Assembly (NCBI GenBank): GCA_964016885.1
Contig: OZ024742.1
Coordinates: 220,844,001 to 220,908,000 of the forward strand
From: Eledone cirrhosa
Taxonomy: Eukaryota
Length of the DNA stretch: 64,000 nucleotides
Direction of reading: 5' to 3'
Made by a program: the position numbers and the translations under genes. Each line of letters starts with the position of its first letter. The first letter of the stretch is position 1. Under the pieces are notes generated by a model. The model searched no databases. It was not told the DNA's origin and saw only the letters and a list, made by a program, of their open reading frames with translations. Below are positions 25,655-38,600 of the stretch, piece by piece.

Positions 25655-27745
25655 TTGCAGTAGAACGCTTCGAGGAGATCAGAGAACAAGTCTGGCATAT
25701 TTATGTAAAGCTCATAGGGCAGACCATCCAAACCGAGTATCTCGCGCCTCACTCTTCCATCAAATACCATGCAACATAGGCGGCTATGTACGGTATCATA
25801 CAGTACAATTAGCACGAAAGCACGCGGAGTTGAGCAGGCTTCCGAGTCCCAGATCAAAAAGGCTTTGGGACATGTGTGGGCTCAGAAAATTCACATCATA
25901 CGTGGACGAAGATATGGGGCCGTGGTTGTACTCTTTGGAACCACACAGAAAGCCAGGGAGAACTCCATGGCTCCACTAAAGAGCGACAAGCTCACACTAA
26001 TCCCAAGTAACGGCTGACACAGGCTCGTGAGAGGGAGGGTAACCCAGGTTCCGCCGGCCATAGATATTTTCCCTCGCTGATGGCTGACGTCCTCGCCGAC
26101 ATCGAGAACGACACAAATGTCATCGAAGTCATAAGAATAAAACAAGAGAACTGGTCCGGATCAGGAATGGAGCTCCTGATCCAAGCAGACCAGAAAAACA
26201 TCCAGGAGATTCCAGAGGTGATAGACGTTGATGACAGCAGCCATCTCGTCGAGAGTAGAAGGCCAAGGTGTGTCGTTTGTAGCGATGGAACCCACCTAAA
26301 GACCTTTTACCCTCAGGGGATGGCCAAAACATTAAGGCCACCTCGCCTATCTACCCCACTGGCTCAACCAGCTAAAACAGCAGCAGCAACGGCTGCAGCA
26401 CCTGTAGCAGGAACGTTAGCAAGACCACCACCTCCACCCACCACGCCAGAAGTACCACTAGCGCCACTACCATCCACCAGGCCACAAACAACACCAACGC
26501 CTGTGGAGGACATTCCACTAGCCGATCTCTCACAATTGGAGACGGTTTGTCGGGGAGGAGGTGTGGAAAATGTTATCTGTAAAAAAAAAAACAGAAAAGA
26601 AAGAACCCTCTTCCTTAATACTAAAATCAAAATAGAGGGCGAAGCATTTAAAACAAAAAAAAATCAAGAAAGTTAAGACAGCGACACCAACACACACACA
26701 AGCCCCATCACCACAAACACTAACACCATCACCATCATCAATCCCAACTCCACCATCACCAACACAAGAAAAAACACCAACAAGCGAAACAAAAACAAAC
26801 CCATACGCGCAACTACAACAAACGCAAACACAACAAAACGACTAAACTGAAACACACTACACAGCATTAAACATGAACAATAAACAATTATTGCACTACA
26901 TCCAACATAACACCACCATCACAGAGAAAAACTACACAACACCCCCAAAATTCACACCCATACAATTTACACACATACAAATCACACGTATCTCACAGAA
27001 AGCATAGGCAACCCTAAAAGAAAAATTCCTCTAAGAGATCGGAGATTTCCGGCTAACATTTTCTAAGAGGAAACTCCACCTTTGCGTTCTATAGGGGGTT
27101 AGTGGAGGGTAAGAACGACGGCGTCCTTGGGGAAACTCTGAGTGTTGACGAAAGCCAACTAGCTATTCTCTTCGGAAGGACTTTCGGTTCAGGGCCAATG
27201 GATAACTTCCAGAAGTTCCTGGCCTGGCAGTGTTACCGTGGAGCCTTGTCAGTTCGAGATAAATTTTACAGACATGGAATTGCCGTCAGCCGTACCTGTC
27301 CGAGATATGCGTCAAGCGACGAGACCGTCCTGCACGCACTTGTCCAGTGTCCGCGCATCACTGACTTGTGGCTTTATGTCGAATATCTGCTGTTGCGTGT
27401 GGGACGGATCCGGCTATCAGCTGAGTCCATCGTGAAGATTGCCCCGTCGTCCTCCTTTAACCAGGAGGGGCAGGCAGTTTTTATCTGCCTGGTGGCCATG
27501 GTAAAAGAGGTCGTATGGTTGAATGCAGGCACTTTCCTCTTCGGTGACGCCCTCATTAACTTTTTCAGGTTTCACCTGAAAAGGAAAACCAGGGTGGAGA
27601 GGAAAGTGCTGCTTTCCAGCCAGTTTGCTGAAAGGTGGGTGAGAGAGGCAAGAATGGCCCGTGTGAATGGTCCGGCCCTGAGCGTGTGTCTGTAGTATCG
27701 TAGGAGGAAAGCTGGGAGAGGGCGTTTGCCCTAGTGGTCAGAGTG
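25655..27745 (+). mobile_element. Rearranged Tx1-clade LINE (short inverted RT piece, ORF1 part, 3' end)
   Basis: Minus GLDGLPYELY..MPDLF at ~25660-25750, ORF1 homology to 58600-60000, then a jump to the C-terminal zinc-knuckle region (TCPR...DETVLHALVQC). Confidence 0.85.
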
Positions 27746-28471
27746 ATGATGATGACACAAACACATATATATACAAACACACATATATATATATATACAT
27801 ACAGACTCACATATATATACACACATATACACATCCACACATATATATATAAAAGAAAATAATCACACACGCAATACTAATTAACACCATATCACTATAG
27901 AGACCTGTTGTAAATAAACAAACTGTAATGTAAATTTCAATGTAAAAAAACCCAAAAAACATTCACTTGTCAGAAAAATGACTTTCACTTTCTCGAACGT
28001 TATAATTAACCTATGCCAACTGAAAGTATCATTTCAGTCATCAATTCGGTTGTTTATTTCAAGAGTTTACAGGTTTACCCGTGGTCCACCCCTGCCTCAT
28101 TCGTTACTTAAAAAGGAAATATACATACACCATGCAAACGAACGGCTGCAGATAATTATTGAGCGATATAGTCCCGAAAATAAGATTGATTTTTTAACGA
28201 GCAATAGCTCATAACCTTCATCATTATTGAAGCTTTGAGTAATATTTTTATGTTTTACTGTGCTTCAACGGTTTTTTTTCTAATATAAGTATTGAAATTG
28301 ACTGGTAGTTAAATTACCGGAGGTCAAATTACCGGGAGGGAAATTACCAGTAGTGAAATTACCTAGAACCATGATATATATATCTGTCTTTCATACAGTC
28401 TCTCTCTCTCAACATTTTATATGGGGAAAATAGTTTTGGTTTACGAACATTTCGGATGACAAACGGCCTTC

Positions 28472-28585
<114 letters not shown>

Positions 28586-29124
28586 AGCTATCTGTATATT
28601 TCATTTAATTAATTTTTAGGATGAATTTGGTAGTTGTAAAATGGAGTAGAAAGAAAAAGAACAGCTCATGTAAGATTGTAGAAATGAGCTTTGGGTTTGG
28701 AAGGGTTACTATCTCTGGCCAGTTTCTGGTAGAACCACTGATGACTAAGTTGACGAAAGGATCTAGTATAGATTCGGGCGTTAAACAACTACCGGCCCCA
28801 CTTTGTCAACTAGCTTAAGGACAATGTTACATCGATGGCGAAACAACAAATGACTCACCCTTGTCAACCAGCTTAAGGAGAATGTTACATCGATGACGAA
28901 ACTGACAAAATACAATGAAGGGCAATTGAAAAACATTAACGCGCTCCGTCGCTCCCGGAAATCGGAAGAACGTTTACAATTAGTTCTTAGGCGCCTTGTG
29001 AACAATGATCTCAACCTGTTTTCCCAATTGAACTTTTTCTACAACGATTTGAACCAATCGAATGAACTTAGAAAACAAAAGTGAAACTATTTCACTGTTA
29101 TTGAAGTCTGTTATATCCGGTATA

Positions 29125-30010
29125 TGAGGAGACTCTGGGCGTCAACGAAAACCAACTAGCCAATTTCTTCGGGAGAACTTTTGGGCCGAGGCCCATGGAC
29201 AACTTCCAGAAAGCCCTGGCATGGTAGTGCTACCGAGGAGCCTTGCCAGTTCGGGATAAACTCTACAGGCATGAAAGTGCCGTCAACCGGGCTTGTCCGG
29301 GATGCGCGCAGGGCGATGAAACCGTCCTGCACGCACTCGTCCAGTGTCTGAGCATTGCTGACTTGTGGGTTTATGACGAACACCTTCTGTCGCGTGAAGA
29401 ACGGATCCGGATATCAGCTGAGTTCATCGTGAGAATTGCCACGCCGCCTTCCTTTAGCCGGGAAGGGCAGGCAATTTTTATCTGCCTGGTGGCCATGGTA
29501 AAAGAGATCGTATGGTGGGCACGGCTGAAAGGGATGAAGACGAGCACTTACCTCTTCGGTGACGCCCTCATTAACTTTTTCAGGTTTCACCTGAAAAGGA
29601 AAGTCAGGGTGGAGAGGGACGTGCTGCTTTCCAGGCAGTTTGTTGAAAGATGGGTAAGACAGGCAAGAATGCCCCGTGTGAATGGGCCTACCCTGAACGT
29701 GTGCCTGTAGCATACATAGTGGGAGGAAAACTGGAAGAGGGCACTTGCCCTAGCGGTCAGTGTAACCGTGGCTTTTTTTGTGGGCTTTCTCCAAGAGCGA
29801 CACTTGGAAGTTTCTCCCTATTGGGGAATTTTTCATTGTTTCCTATTTTTAGTTATATCCTCTATTTTTTTTTTTTTTTTACACGCGGAAATGCCTATTT
29901 GTACCGTCCTGTACCGTCCTGTATTGTCCTTAATGTTATACTTTGTGTCAACCCTTGCGGTTAATAAAGAAAGCATTATTATTATTATTATTATTAATAT
30001 TATTATTATT
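29125..30010 (+). mobile_element. Tx1 3' fragment with (ATT)n tail
   Basis: LPVRDKLYRH...ACPGC...ETVLHALVQC, then AATAAA and (att)n. Confidence 0.9.
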
Positions 30011-30017
30011 AATACAG

Positions 30018-31444
30018 CAAGAAGATTCTACTTCGCTCTTCCTGACCCTAGAAAGTTCATTCAATGCTCAGAGTGGGGTACATACTATGTCATGCCATGT
30101 GCACCAGGTACAATTTGGTCACAGAGTGCCTATACCTGTGTTAGAGACAATGGAAGGCCGGTGACTAAGGATACATCAGAAACAAGCAAAGTAACAAAGC
30201 CCACAGTAACACAGTGCACTTTTCTTAAAAATAACCCATGTACTAAAGAGAATATTAAAGCTGGCAAGTTCTATTTCGCTCATCCTCATCCTACAAAGTT
30301 TATTCAATGTACGGAGTGGGGTACATACTACGTTATGCCCTGTGCACCCGGTACAGTTTGGTCACAAAATGTATATACTTGCGTGAGAATCAATAGAAAT
30401 ACGATGACTGAAACTACGACAGAAAAAACTCCACAAGTCATTCAAACAACTATGTCTACACGTATTAAAAATAACCCATGTACTAAAGACAATATTGAAG
30501 CTGGCAAGTTCTATTTCGTTCATCCTGATCCTACAAAGTTCATTCAGTGTACGGAGTGGGGTACATACTACGTTATGCCCTGTGCACCCGGTACAGTTTG
30601 GTCACAAAATGTATATACTTGCGTGAGAAGCAATGGAAATACGATGACTGAAACTACGACAGAAAAAACTCCACAAGTCATTCAAACAACTATGTCTACA
30701 CGTATTAAAAATAACCCATGTACTAAAGACAATATTGAAGCTGGCAAGTTCTATTTCGTTCATCCTGATCCCACAAAGTTCATTCAATGTACGGAGTGGG
30801 GTACATACTACGTTATGCCCTGTGCACCCGGTACAGTTTGGTCACAAAATGTATATACTTGCGTGAGAATCAATGGAAATACGATGACTGAAACTACGAC
30901 AGAAAAAACTCCACAAGTCATTCAAACAACTATGTCTACACGTATTAAAAATAACCCATGTACTAAAGACAATATTGAAGTTGGCAAGTTCTATTTCGTT
31001 CATCCTGATCCTACAAAGTTCATTCAATGTACGGAGTGGGGTACATACTACGTTATGCCCTGTGCACCCGGTACAGTTTGGTCACAAAATGTATATACTT
31101 GCGTGAGAAGCAATGGAAATACGATGACTGAAACTACGACAGAAAAAACTCCACAAGTCATTCAAACAACTATGTCTACACGTATTAAAAATAACCCATG
31201 TACTAAAGACAATATTGAAGCTGGCAAGTTCTATTTCGTTCATCCTGATCCTACAAAGTTCATTCAGTGTACGGAGTGGGGTACATACTACGTTATGTCC
31301 TGTGCACCCGGTACAATTTGGTCACATACAGATTATACATGTATTTATAATTTCGTAGAATGCAACAGCAGACAAATAACTACAGCGTCGTCCAGAACTT
31401 TCCCTGCAACATTTAAATGGATTACGAGAGGTGAACTTTCATAA
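30018..31444 (+). pseudogene. Orphan terminal exon of the duplicated chitin-binding gene (6 modules; 5' exons deleted)
   Basis: Paralogous to 47409-49075. The signal-peptide exon and exon 2 are absent from this copy. Confidence 0.75.
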
Positions 31445-32293
31445 AAATATATTCCGACGTCTATCAAGACAATGATTTTTGGAGTTTTTTGTTGGCTTGT
31501 TCATATGAAACACACGAACAAATGCCATTTAGGAATTAAAAAAAATATATAACTTCGGTTCATTCATTTCATTTATTTTTTATCTACACATATTTGTTTT
31601 GTATTGTTCATTATAACCGAGAGAATATAATATATCCATAAGAATTATTTATTATAAACAAGACATTTATTACCGTTGTTATTTTCATAGCTATTGCTCG
31701 CCATTTGAGTTTGCATGAAAATGATGACTGTGTTGAAAGTTTTATGATACCAACAAAATATATTTCAAGATGCTTACATAAAGGGATTATACTAAGATCA
31801 AGAAAATAATATATTGTATATAATCAATTGTTGTAAATAAATAATATATTTATACATAATTTCTGCCGAGTTGTTTGTTTTGTTAAATAATTTGTTAAAA
31901 GATGTATTTATTTCCATATTTAACTGTTGGTCAATCAATGATAAACATTGATTGCCAGCTAAATTATTTATAGAAATATAAAAATATACTGAAGCGAAAA
32001 CCAACCAAACAGTGAGTGTGTATTACTATACTAGGATTTGTTCAACACGCTGACGCGTATGTGTGAGCATGTGTGTATGTGCATATGCATAAATTTATAT
32101 GTATGAGTGTATAAATATAAACGCGCAAACACAAACACACTTACAAAAATACACACTCACAGACATACATTCACACAAACACACACATACATTTTCACAA
32201 ACACACACATACACATACATTCACACACAGCGTAGCAAATCGAACGCCAGATATTTTTTCACATTCCCTTTCCTTCCTTTTACATACACATAG

Positions 32294-32324
<31 letters not shown>

Positions 32325-32609
32325 TTGCGGGGCGGACGGAAGGAAGTTGCTTAAATTTATATATAGATTTTTCTGCTAATATTAGGACAAGCTGAGCCTC
32401 CCCAACTATAACATTATTAAAAGATGTTCTCTTGTTTTCCTTATATAATTTTACTAATTTAGTTATATTTAATCTTAGTAAATCATAAAAACCTAGAAGC
32501 AATTTTATTAAAAGCCGGAAGGAGAAAATGTTTTTGTGTTGGCACATAGCCTGTTTATGAGGAAAACCTGTTGTTAACAAAATATTTATCGAAGATATCT
32601 GTCAGTGTC

Positions 32610-33150
32610 TTCCTCGTCTTCTTCTTCTCCTCCTCCTCCTTCCTCTTCTTTGACCACTTATTCCTGAGAGGGTCGTAGAGGGCAGAGTCCTCAAGCACAC
32701 CTTCCAGCGAGTACTGTCAGAAGCAACCGTCTCCAACAGATTTGGCTGGATCGCTAAGCGGGACCAGCCAAGCTCATGGATGTTATCCAACCATCTTGCT
32801 CAGGATCTACCCCTGGGTTTCCTACCGATTGGTTTTGCCCGTAAAATCTGTCCAAAGCTTCTTTCCATAGGCACTCAAACCACATGTCTGTAATAGCGAA
32901 GCTGTTATCTCTCAATTCGCAGAAGTAGCAGCTCTACCTGGAGTGACTCTCTGATCTCCGAACTACGCACTTTATCGAGTAAGGTTAAAGACCCTTCAGA
33001 GGAACCACATTTCTGTCGCTTGTATTCGCGATCGTATTTTTCGGTCATTACCCAAGATTCATGACCATAGGTAAGAGTTGGCAACATACTGAACTGAAGA
33101 TGCGAGTTATTTGAACTTCTTTACCTGCTTCAGTTGAACTCCTCTCACAT
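32610..33150 (-). mobile_element. RTE LINE 3' fragment (duplicate at ~50240-50780)
   Basis: LPTLTYGHESWVMTEK...LLDKVRSSEIRESLQVELLLLRIER; homologous to 18270-18900. Confidence 0.8.
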
Positions 33151-34109
33151 GTAGATTTAATCCTACTACGTGTTACCTTAGTGAAATTGGTTATACTGTA
33201 ACTGAGTAGAAGTTCGTCGGAGTGACCATACTTCTTCTTGGGTGTTAGGTAAACTTAATATGTCGCCCGGCTTGGATGTCTTTAACAAAGTACATTTGTT
33301 GCAAACATTTGAGTCAGGTCTCCGGTCTGAAAATAACTCCGCCCCTTCTTCCTACCGATTGCGGCTATCCTGAAAAAGATTATGGGTGTTGCCCATTCTC
33401 CTCTTAACAATTGATAAAAAAAAAAGCTAGATAATGAAATCTTGTCGAATTCTCTAAAATACGAGATATTACTTCTTTTTCTACGGTGCGAAATCAATTT
33501 AGTATATTACAGATTTCTATTTTGAGATTTTTATACAAGGGAGCTATGAATGGATAATTTGAACTTGGGTTTGCATTACTTGAAATTAAAAGTATGTAGG
33601 TAGATAGTTAAATTAACTAGTTGGTTTGGCGTTCTGCAGTTTCTATTAATTGCTCAAACAAAAACGTGGGCAAATTATTTATCATCATCGTCATCATTGC
33701 GACCACAGTCGAACATTCCTAACAAAGTCTTTCCACAATTCACGGTTTTACATTGTTCCTGGCAACTGATCTCTACTGAAGTTTGTGTCGTCTGAGAGTC
33801 GATATTTATTATAGAAATACTAATATATAATAGCTAGTTAGGTGTTGACTAATTTATCTGCTTTCAGAGAAAATGGTTTTGAAATAGCATAGGAACTAAT
33901 CTGCTATTATTTTCACTCTTTATATTGGCAGCGCATGTTGCTTTTAATATATAACTTGAACAATATTTCCCGGATGGTTGGCTGAACTTATGGTTCTATC
34001 AAATAGGGTTTCTTTCGTATATATAAACCAAATAAATAGAAACAAAGATTATATATGAATAGAAATAATTAGACCTATACACATTTTGCTTTTGGTTTTT
34101 CTACATATA

Positions 34110-35630
34110 ATTTTTTTTTTTTTTTTTTTTTTACACGCAGAAATGCCCATTTATACCATTTGTACCGTCTTGTGCTGTGTTTAATGTTATAGTTTATGGT
34201 TAGTAAAGAAAGCATTATTATTATTATTATTATTGATCTGTTCGGACGTCCTTTTTTGCTCGCTCCCAGTAAGTCGCTTTATGTACCTGTTATAATTATT
34301 TGTTGTTAATTTTTTCTTGTTGTGTAAGGCATATAAGCCCTTGGACTTAGCCCTGAGAAGGGGAAAGTATATTTGGGCCGTTTGGCCCAAATATTTGAAC
34401 AATATTTGAACAGTTTACTTTTGAAAATAAAAACAAAAAACAAAAAAAAAAACATGGCTGAGCCCCCCCCCCCCCCCCCCCCAGCAATATGTCTGCTGTC
34501 GTCCGACAACGGCGTAAAAGTTGAGAGGAGAGTTACAAACATTGTTACAACAGACCCCACCACAAACAACGCGAACAAAGACAACACTGAGAACACTAGT
34601 TTTTTAAAAATTACCACACCAGCTACAACAATAACAGCGCCATCCAAAATACAGACAACAGAAAAAATGACAACAAATGCAACAACGATATTAACACCAC
34701 TAACAATAAAATAAACAACGACAACAGCAACAGCAACAATACAAATTGCAATGAGAACGACAACAACGGTGGCACCAAAAACACAACCAACTACAAAAGT
34801 GATAACAGCAACAACACCGTTTGTAGCAGTAGCAACAGCAACAGCAACAGCACCAACAACAAGACCAGTAGCGGCAGCAATAATGGTGCCGCTGAAAAGG
34901 GGGCCACTTCTTTCGCAGGTATGGCCCGAAATATAGAAACAGTGCTAGTCACGGAGGAGGAGATAGCAGTCGCAAGAGCCATGGTGTCGAGAAAAGACAA
35001 TAGAGTTTCCATGAAACCTCCACCCGATTTCTTCAAAGACCAGCAGCTGCACACGGTGACTTACCGCACCGTAAACAAAATGTCACATCGGGTGGAGAGA
35101 GCCACGGAGGCTCAAATCCAAAAGGCCTTGGTGTGCGTCTGGGCGCGCAAAACCCACATCACCCGAGGCAAAAAGTACGCCACAGTAGGTGTACTTTTCG
35201 CCACCCCCCAAGAGGCGAAGTCTCTCTCTTTGGAAACCCTAAAGGGTGAGGAGATAGTCTTGGTGCCCTCCTACTGTGGGTAGAAAATTGTGATGGCCAA
35301 AGTGACCCAGGTCCCGCACGACGTGCCCATACCTTGGCTGGTCGCGTCTGTACTTGCTGGAATCGATGAGAAGACCACCATACTGTAAGTACAGAGAATG
35401 GGAAGAGAGAACTGGTCAGGAATAGGCATGCAAATGCTAATGTAAACTGATCAGGAATGCATCCAGGCCATCCCAGACATCATAGACCTCGAAGAAGGAC
35501 TCCAACTCCCTATAAGCGTGGAAGGAATGGGCCCAAGGTGCTATCTCTGTGGGCAGAAGGGTCTCCTCAGGGACTTCTGCCCGCAGAAGACTGCCAAGAA
35601 GAGAGGCGCCCTCCTTCCGACGCCGGATCC
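34110..35630 (+). mobile_element. Tx1 3' tip + (ATT)n + 5' part (UTR/ORF1) of another Tx1, truncated by the Gypsy junction
   Basis: 34110-34213 matches the Tx1 3' UTR. ORF1 TVTYRTV...VERATEAQIQKAL...THITRGKKYATV matches 58095-59200. Partly duplicated at 51740-52414. Confidence 0.85.
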
Positions 35631-38600
35631 GCTGGGAGTCTGGATAGGCGCGAAGAGCGGCCTTTAATTGGCGGTGGAATCGTTCCACCATTCCGTTTGA
35701 AGCAGGATGATAGGCTGTGGTCCGAATCCGTTGAGCTCCAATTATCTTTGTGAGCTCAGAGAAGAGATGGGACTTGAATTGTTTACCACGGTCTGTGGTG
35801 ACTGTAGTTGGTACCCCAAAGCGGGTAATCCACCCTGATACCAGGGCACGTGCTACAGTCTCAGCAGTCATATCTTGTAAGGGGATGGCTTCATGCCATC
35901 GCGAAAAACGATCGACACAGGTCAATATGTATGAATATCCACTGCTGAATGGCCAAGGTCCAATGAGGTCAATGTGTATGTGCTGAAACCGAGCATCAGG
36001 AGTACTGAAAGTACCAAGTGGAGTCCGGATATGTCTATGGATTTTCGATTTCTGGCAAGCGATGCAGGAACGGCACCAAGCAGCAATGTCGCGCCTCATA
36101 TTTGGCCAGAAGAATCTGGCTGTTATGAGCTTTACTGTGGCAGCAGATCCTGGGTGAGAAATATTGTGCAAAGCCAGGAACACAATTCGACGGTGAGTCT
36201 CAGGAACAAGTGGTCGTGGTGAATCCGTAGATACATCACATAGAATCTGCCTGTCGGTGGTGGACAAGGGCAGATATTTGAAAATGCAAGTCGCAAATTC
36301 AGCAGAAAGAGTGTCCAACGATTGGAGTGCAGGTTGGTCTGCAGCTAAACGACCTAAGTCGATCTGCTGGGATGACGAGATGGAGCTAATTGGCAAACGT
36401 GACAATGCGTCTGCAGCTATGTTATGCGAGCCGGCAATGTGCTGGATATCGTTTGTAAATTGTGAAACGTAGTCCAGGTGCCTTGTCTCTCTGGGCGAAT
36501 ATCTGTCGGCTTTGGCCCTCAAAGCGAAGGTCAACGGTTTGTGGTCGGTAAAAACTGTAAAATTTCTCCCTTCAAGAATATGAGAGAAATGTTTCACCGA
36601 CAGATATATGGCTAATAATTCCCGCCCAAACGTGCTGTAACGCGTTTCTGCTGGTTTCAGCTTCCTCGAGAAAAATGCCAAAGGTTGTTGGTTTTCAGCG
36701 GAGGACTGCTGTAAAACTGCTCCCATAGCGGTATCAGATGCATCAACACAAAGCGAAAGCTTGGCCTCTGGTACCGGGTGGGCTAGCAAAGATGAACTAG
36801 CGAGTGCTGTCTTGACAGTCTGGAAGTCTTGAAGCTGCCCTTGTGTCAAGGAAATATCCTCATTCTTCTTACGACGATTTTTTTAAATGTCAGTAAAGGA
36901 AGATAGCAAATTAACATAATGAGGAACGAAACGCCTATAGAAATTGATTAGGCCTAAGAAGTGACGCAACTGGTGAAGTGTAGTAGGCGGAGGTAACTCC
37001 TGTATGGCTCGAACTCGCTGAGGGAGCGGCCTAATACCTTCGGCGTCGATGAGGTGGCCTAAAGAATTTAGGGAAGTGGAACCGAAAACACACTTTGCTG
37101 GATTCACACGAACGCGGTAATCCCGAAGTCGCCGAAATAAGAGATGCATGTGGCGCATATGCTCTTCCGGAGAGGAACTAGCGACGAGAATATCGTCTAT
37201 GTAAGCATAAACGAAGTCCAGACCACGAGTGACCTCGTCTATGAACCGCTGAAAAGTGCTAGCGGCGTTCATGAGTCCGAAAGGCATGGTAAAAAATTCG
37301 AAGGATCCGAAAGGGGTTGTAATCGCCGTTTTCGGAATATACTCCTTCCTGACCGGAATTTGGTGGTAGGCTCGCATTAAATCTAGCTTTGAAAAAATCT
37401 TACACCCCTGCAGTGAAGATGCAAAATCTTGGAGATGGGGAATGGGATACCTATCCGGGACGGTCATGGCATTTAACCTCCTATAATCCCCAGTGGGTCT
37501 CCAGTCGCCGGAAGTCTTGGGCACCATGTGTAACGGTGAAGCCCAAGGACTCGTAGATGGGCGAATAATGCCCAGCTGCAGCATATGGTCGAACTCGGAC
37601 CGTGCTGCCTTTAATTTTTCCGTCGGTAGCACCGGTGGTGGAAACGAAATGTTCGGTCGAGTGTGTTGGCTCAGTGACTCGAAAATTTCCATCCGTGAGC
37701 TCCGGGAAAGAACCCAGCAACGAATGGTAAGCGTCTCCAGCGGCAGCGATGAATAATATGAGGCTGACTATTGGAGCATTGGCTTCCTGGCCATGAATTG
37801 ATAAACTGGTGATGTTATCCACCAGGCGTTGGCCACGGACGTCCACAGTCAAAGAGAAGTTGTGTAGGAAATCCGCTCCTAAGATGGGGTATGGCAAATC
37901 GGCAACCGTAAAAATCCACTTAAAATCCCTACAAAGATTTAGGAATTTGAGAGGAAGCGAGATTTGCCAGTACGTCTTTATAGACGAGTGGTTAACTACC
38001 TGCAGCGTGACAGATGACTCTATGGGGGTATCTTTCAGGCAATGGACCGGCCAAATGCTACAGGAGGCTCCTGTATCCACGAGGAAACCTCTTCCCGACA
38101 TTAGGTCCTTAATGAAGAAATGGCGGTTTGGTGGCTTTATGTTGAGGTCAACTGTCCCCATCAGCGGACCTCTTACGCGTTTCCCGCCTTATGAAACGAG
38201 CAAGGTTGCACGCAGTAGTTCGCGCTCTCAGCAAATCGCTCGTGGTACCAGCATAAAGATGAAGCTGGTGATTTTGATCGACGTCTAAAACTTTGCGATC
38301 TCCCGCGACTGCGGGGGCGCGAACAGCCACCACACAAGGCCTTCATCTTGTGGAGCTCTATGGTGAGTTCCTGAATGGACTTTTGCATCGCCATAATGGT
38401 TGAGTTGTCTATTGGCGCTGCCGCGTAGATGGCATGGCCGAGTGTGGCCCGAGCTTGGTGGTGAACAGCGGCGAGGGGTTCGCTGCCTCCGGCACTCGTC
38501 ACCTCGAAAACTTTGTCCGCAGAGGCAGCAAGCTGATCCACCGTGCTTGTATCCCTCATGGGGGCCAAAATTGCCTGTACGTTGGTCGGCAGGCGCGAGA

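Larger units (their letters stand above)
21910..25655 (-). mobile_element. Penelope-like element (second family) with tandem direct pLTRs, interrupted by a solo LTR
   Basis: RT (SFDVVNLYT, QISGTAMGTKAAPTYANL, RYLDE) at 24961-25476 and GIY-YIG (LLYAI...YIGQTK..LRNRMTVHRQ) at 23736-24164. ~555-bp direct repeats at 21910-22465 and 23192-23745. Confidence 0.9.

Noticed and set aside
29768-30017. Hydrophobic N-terminus with poly-Ile on the 558-aa ORF (and on the 636-aa ORF at 47165)
   Set aside because: Read-through of the Tx1 3' UTR and (ATT)n tail, not a real signal or transmembrane segment.
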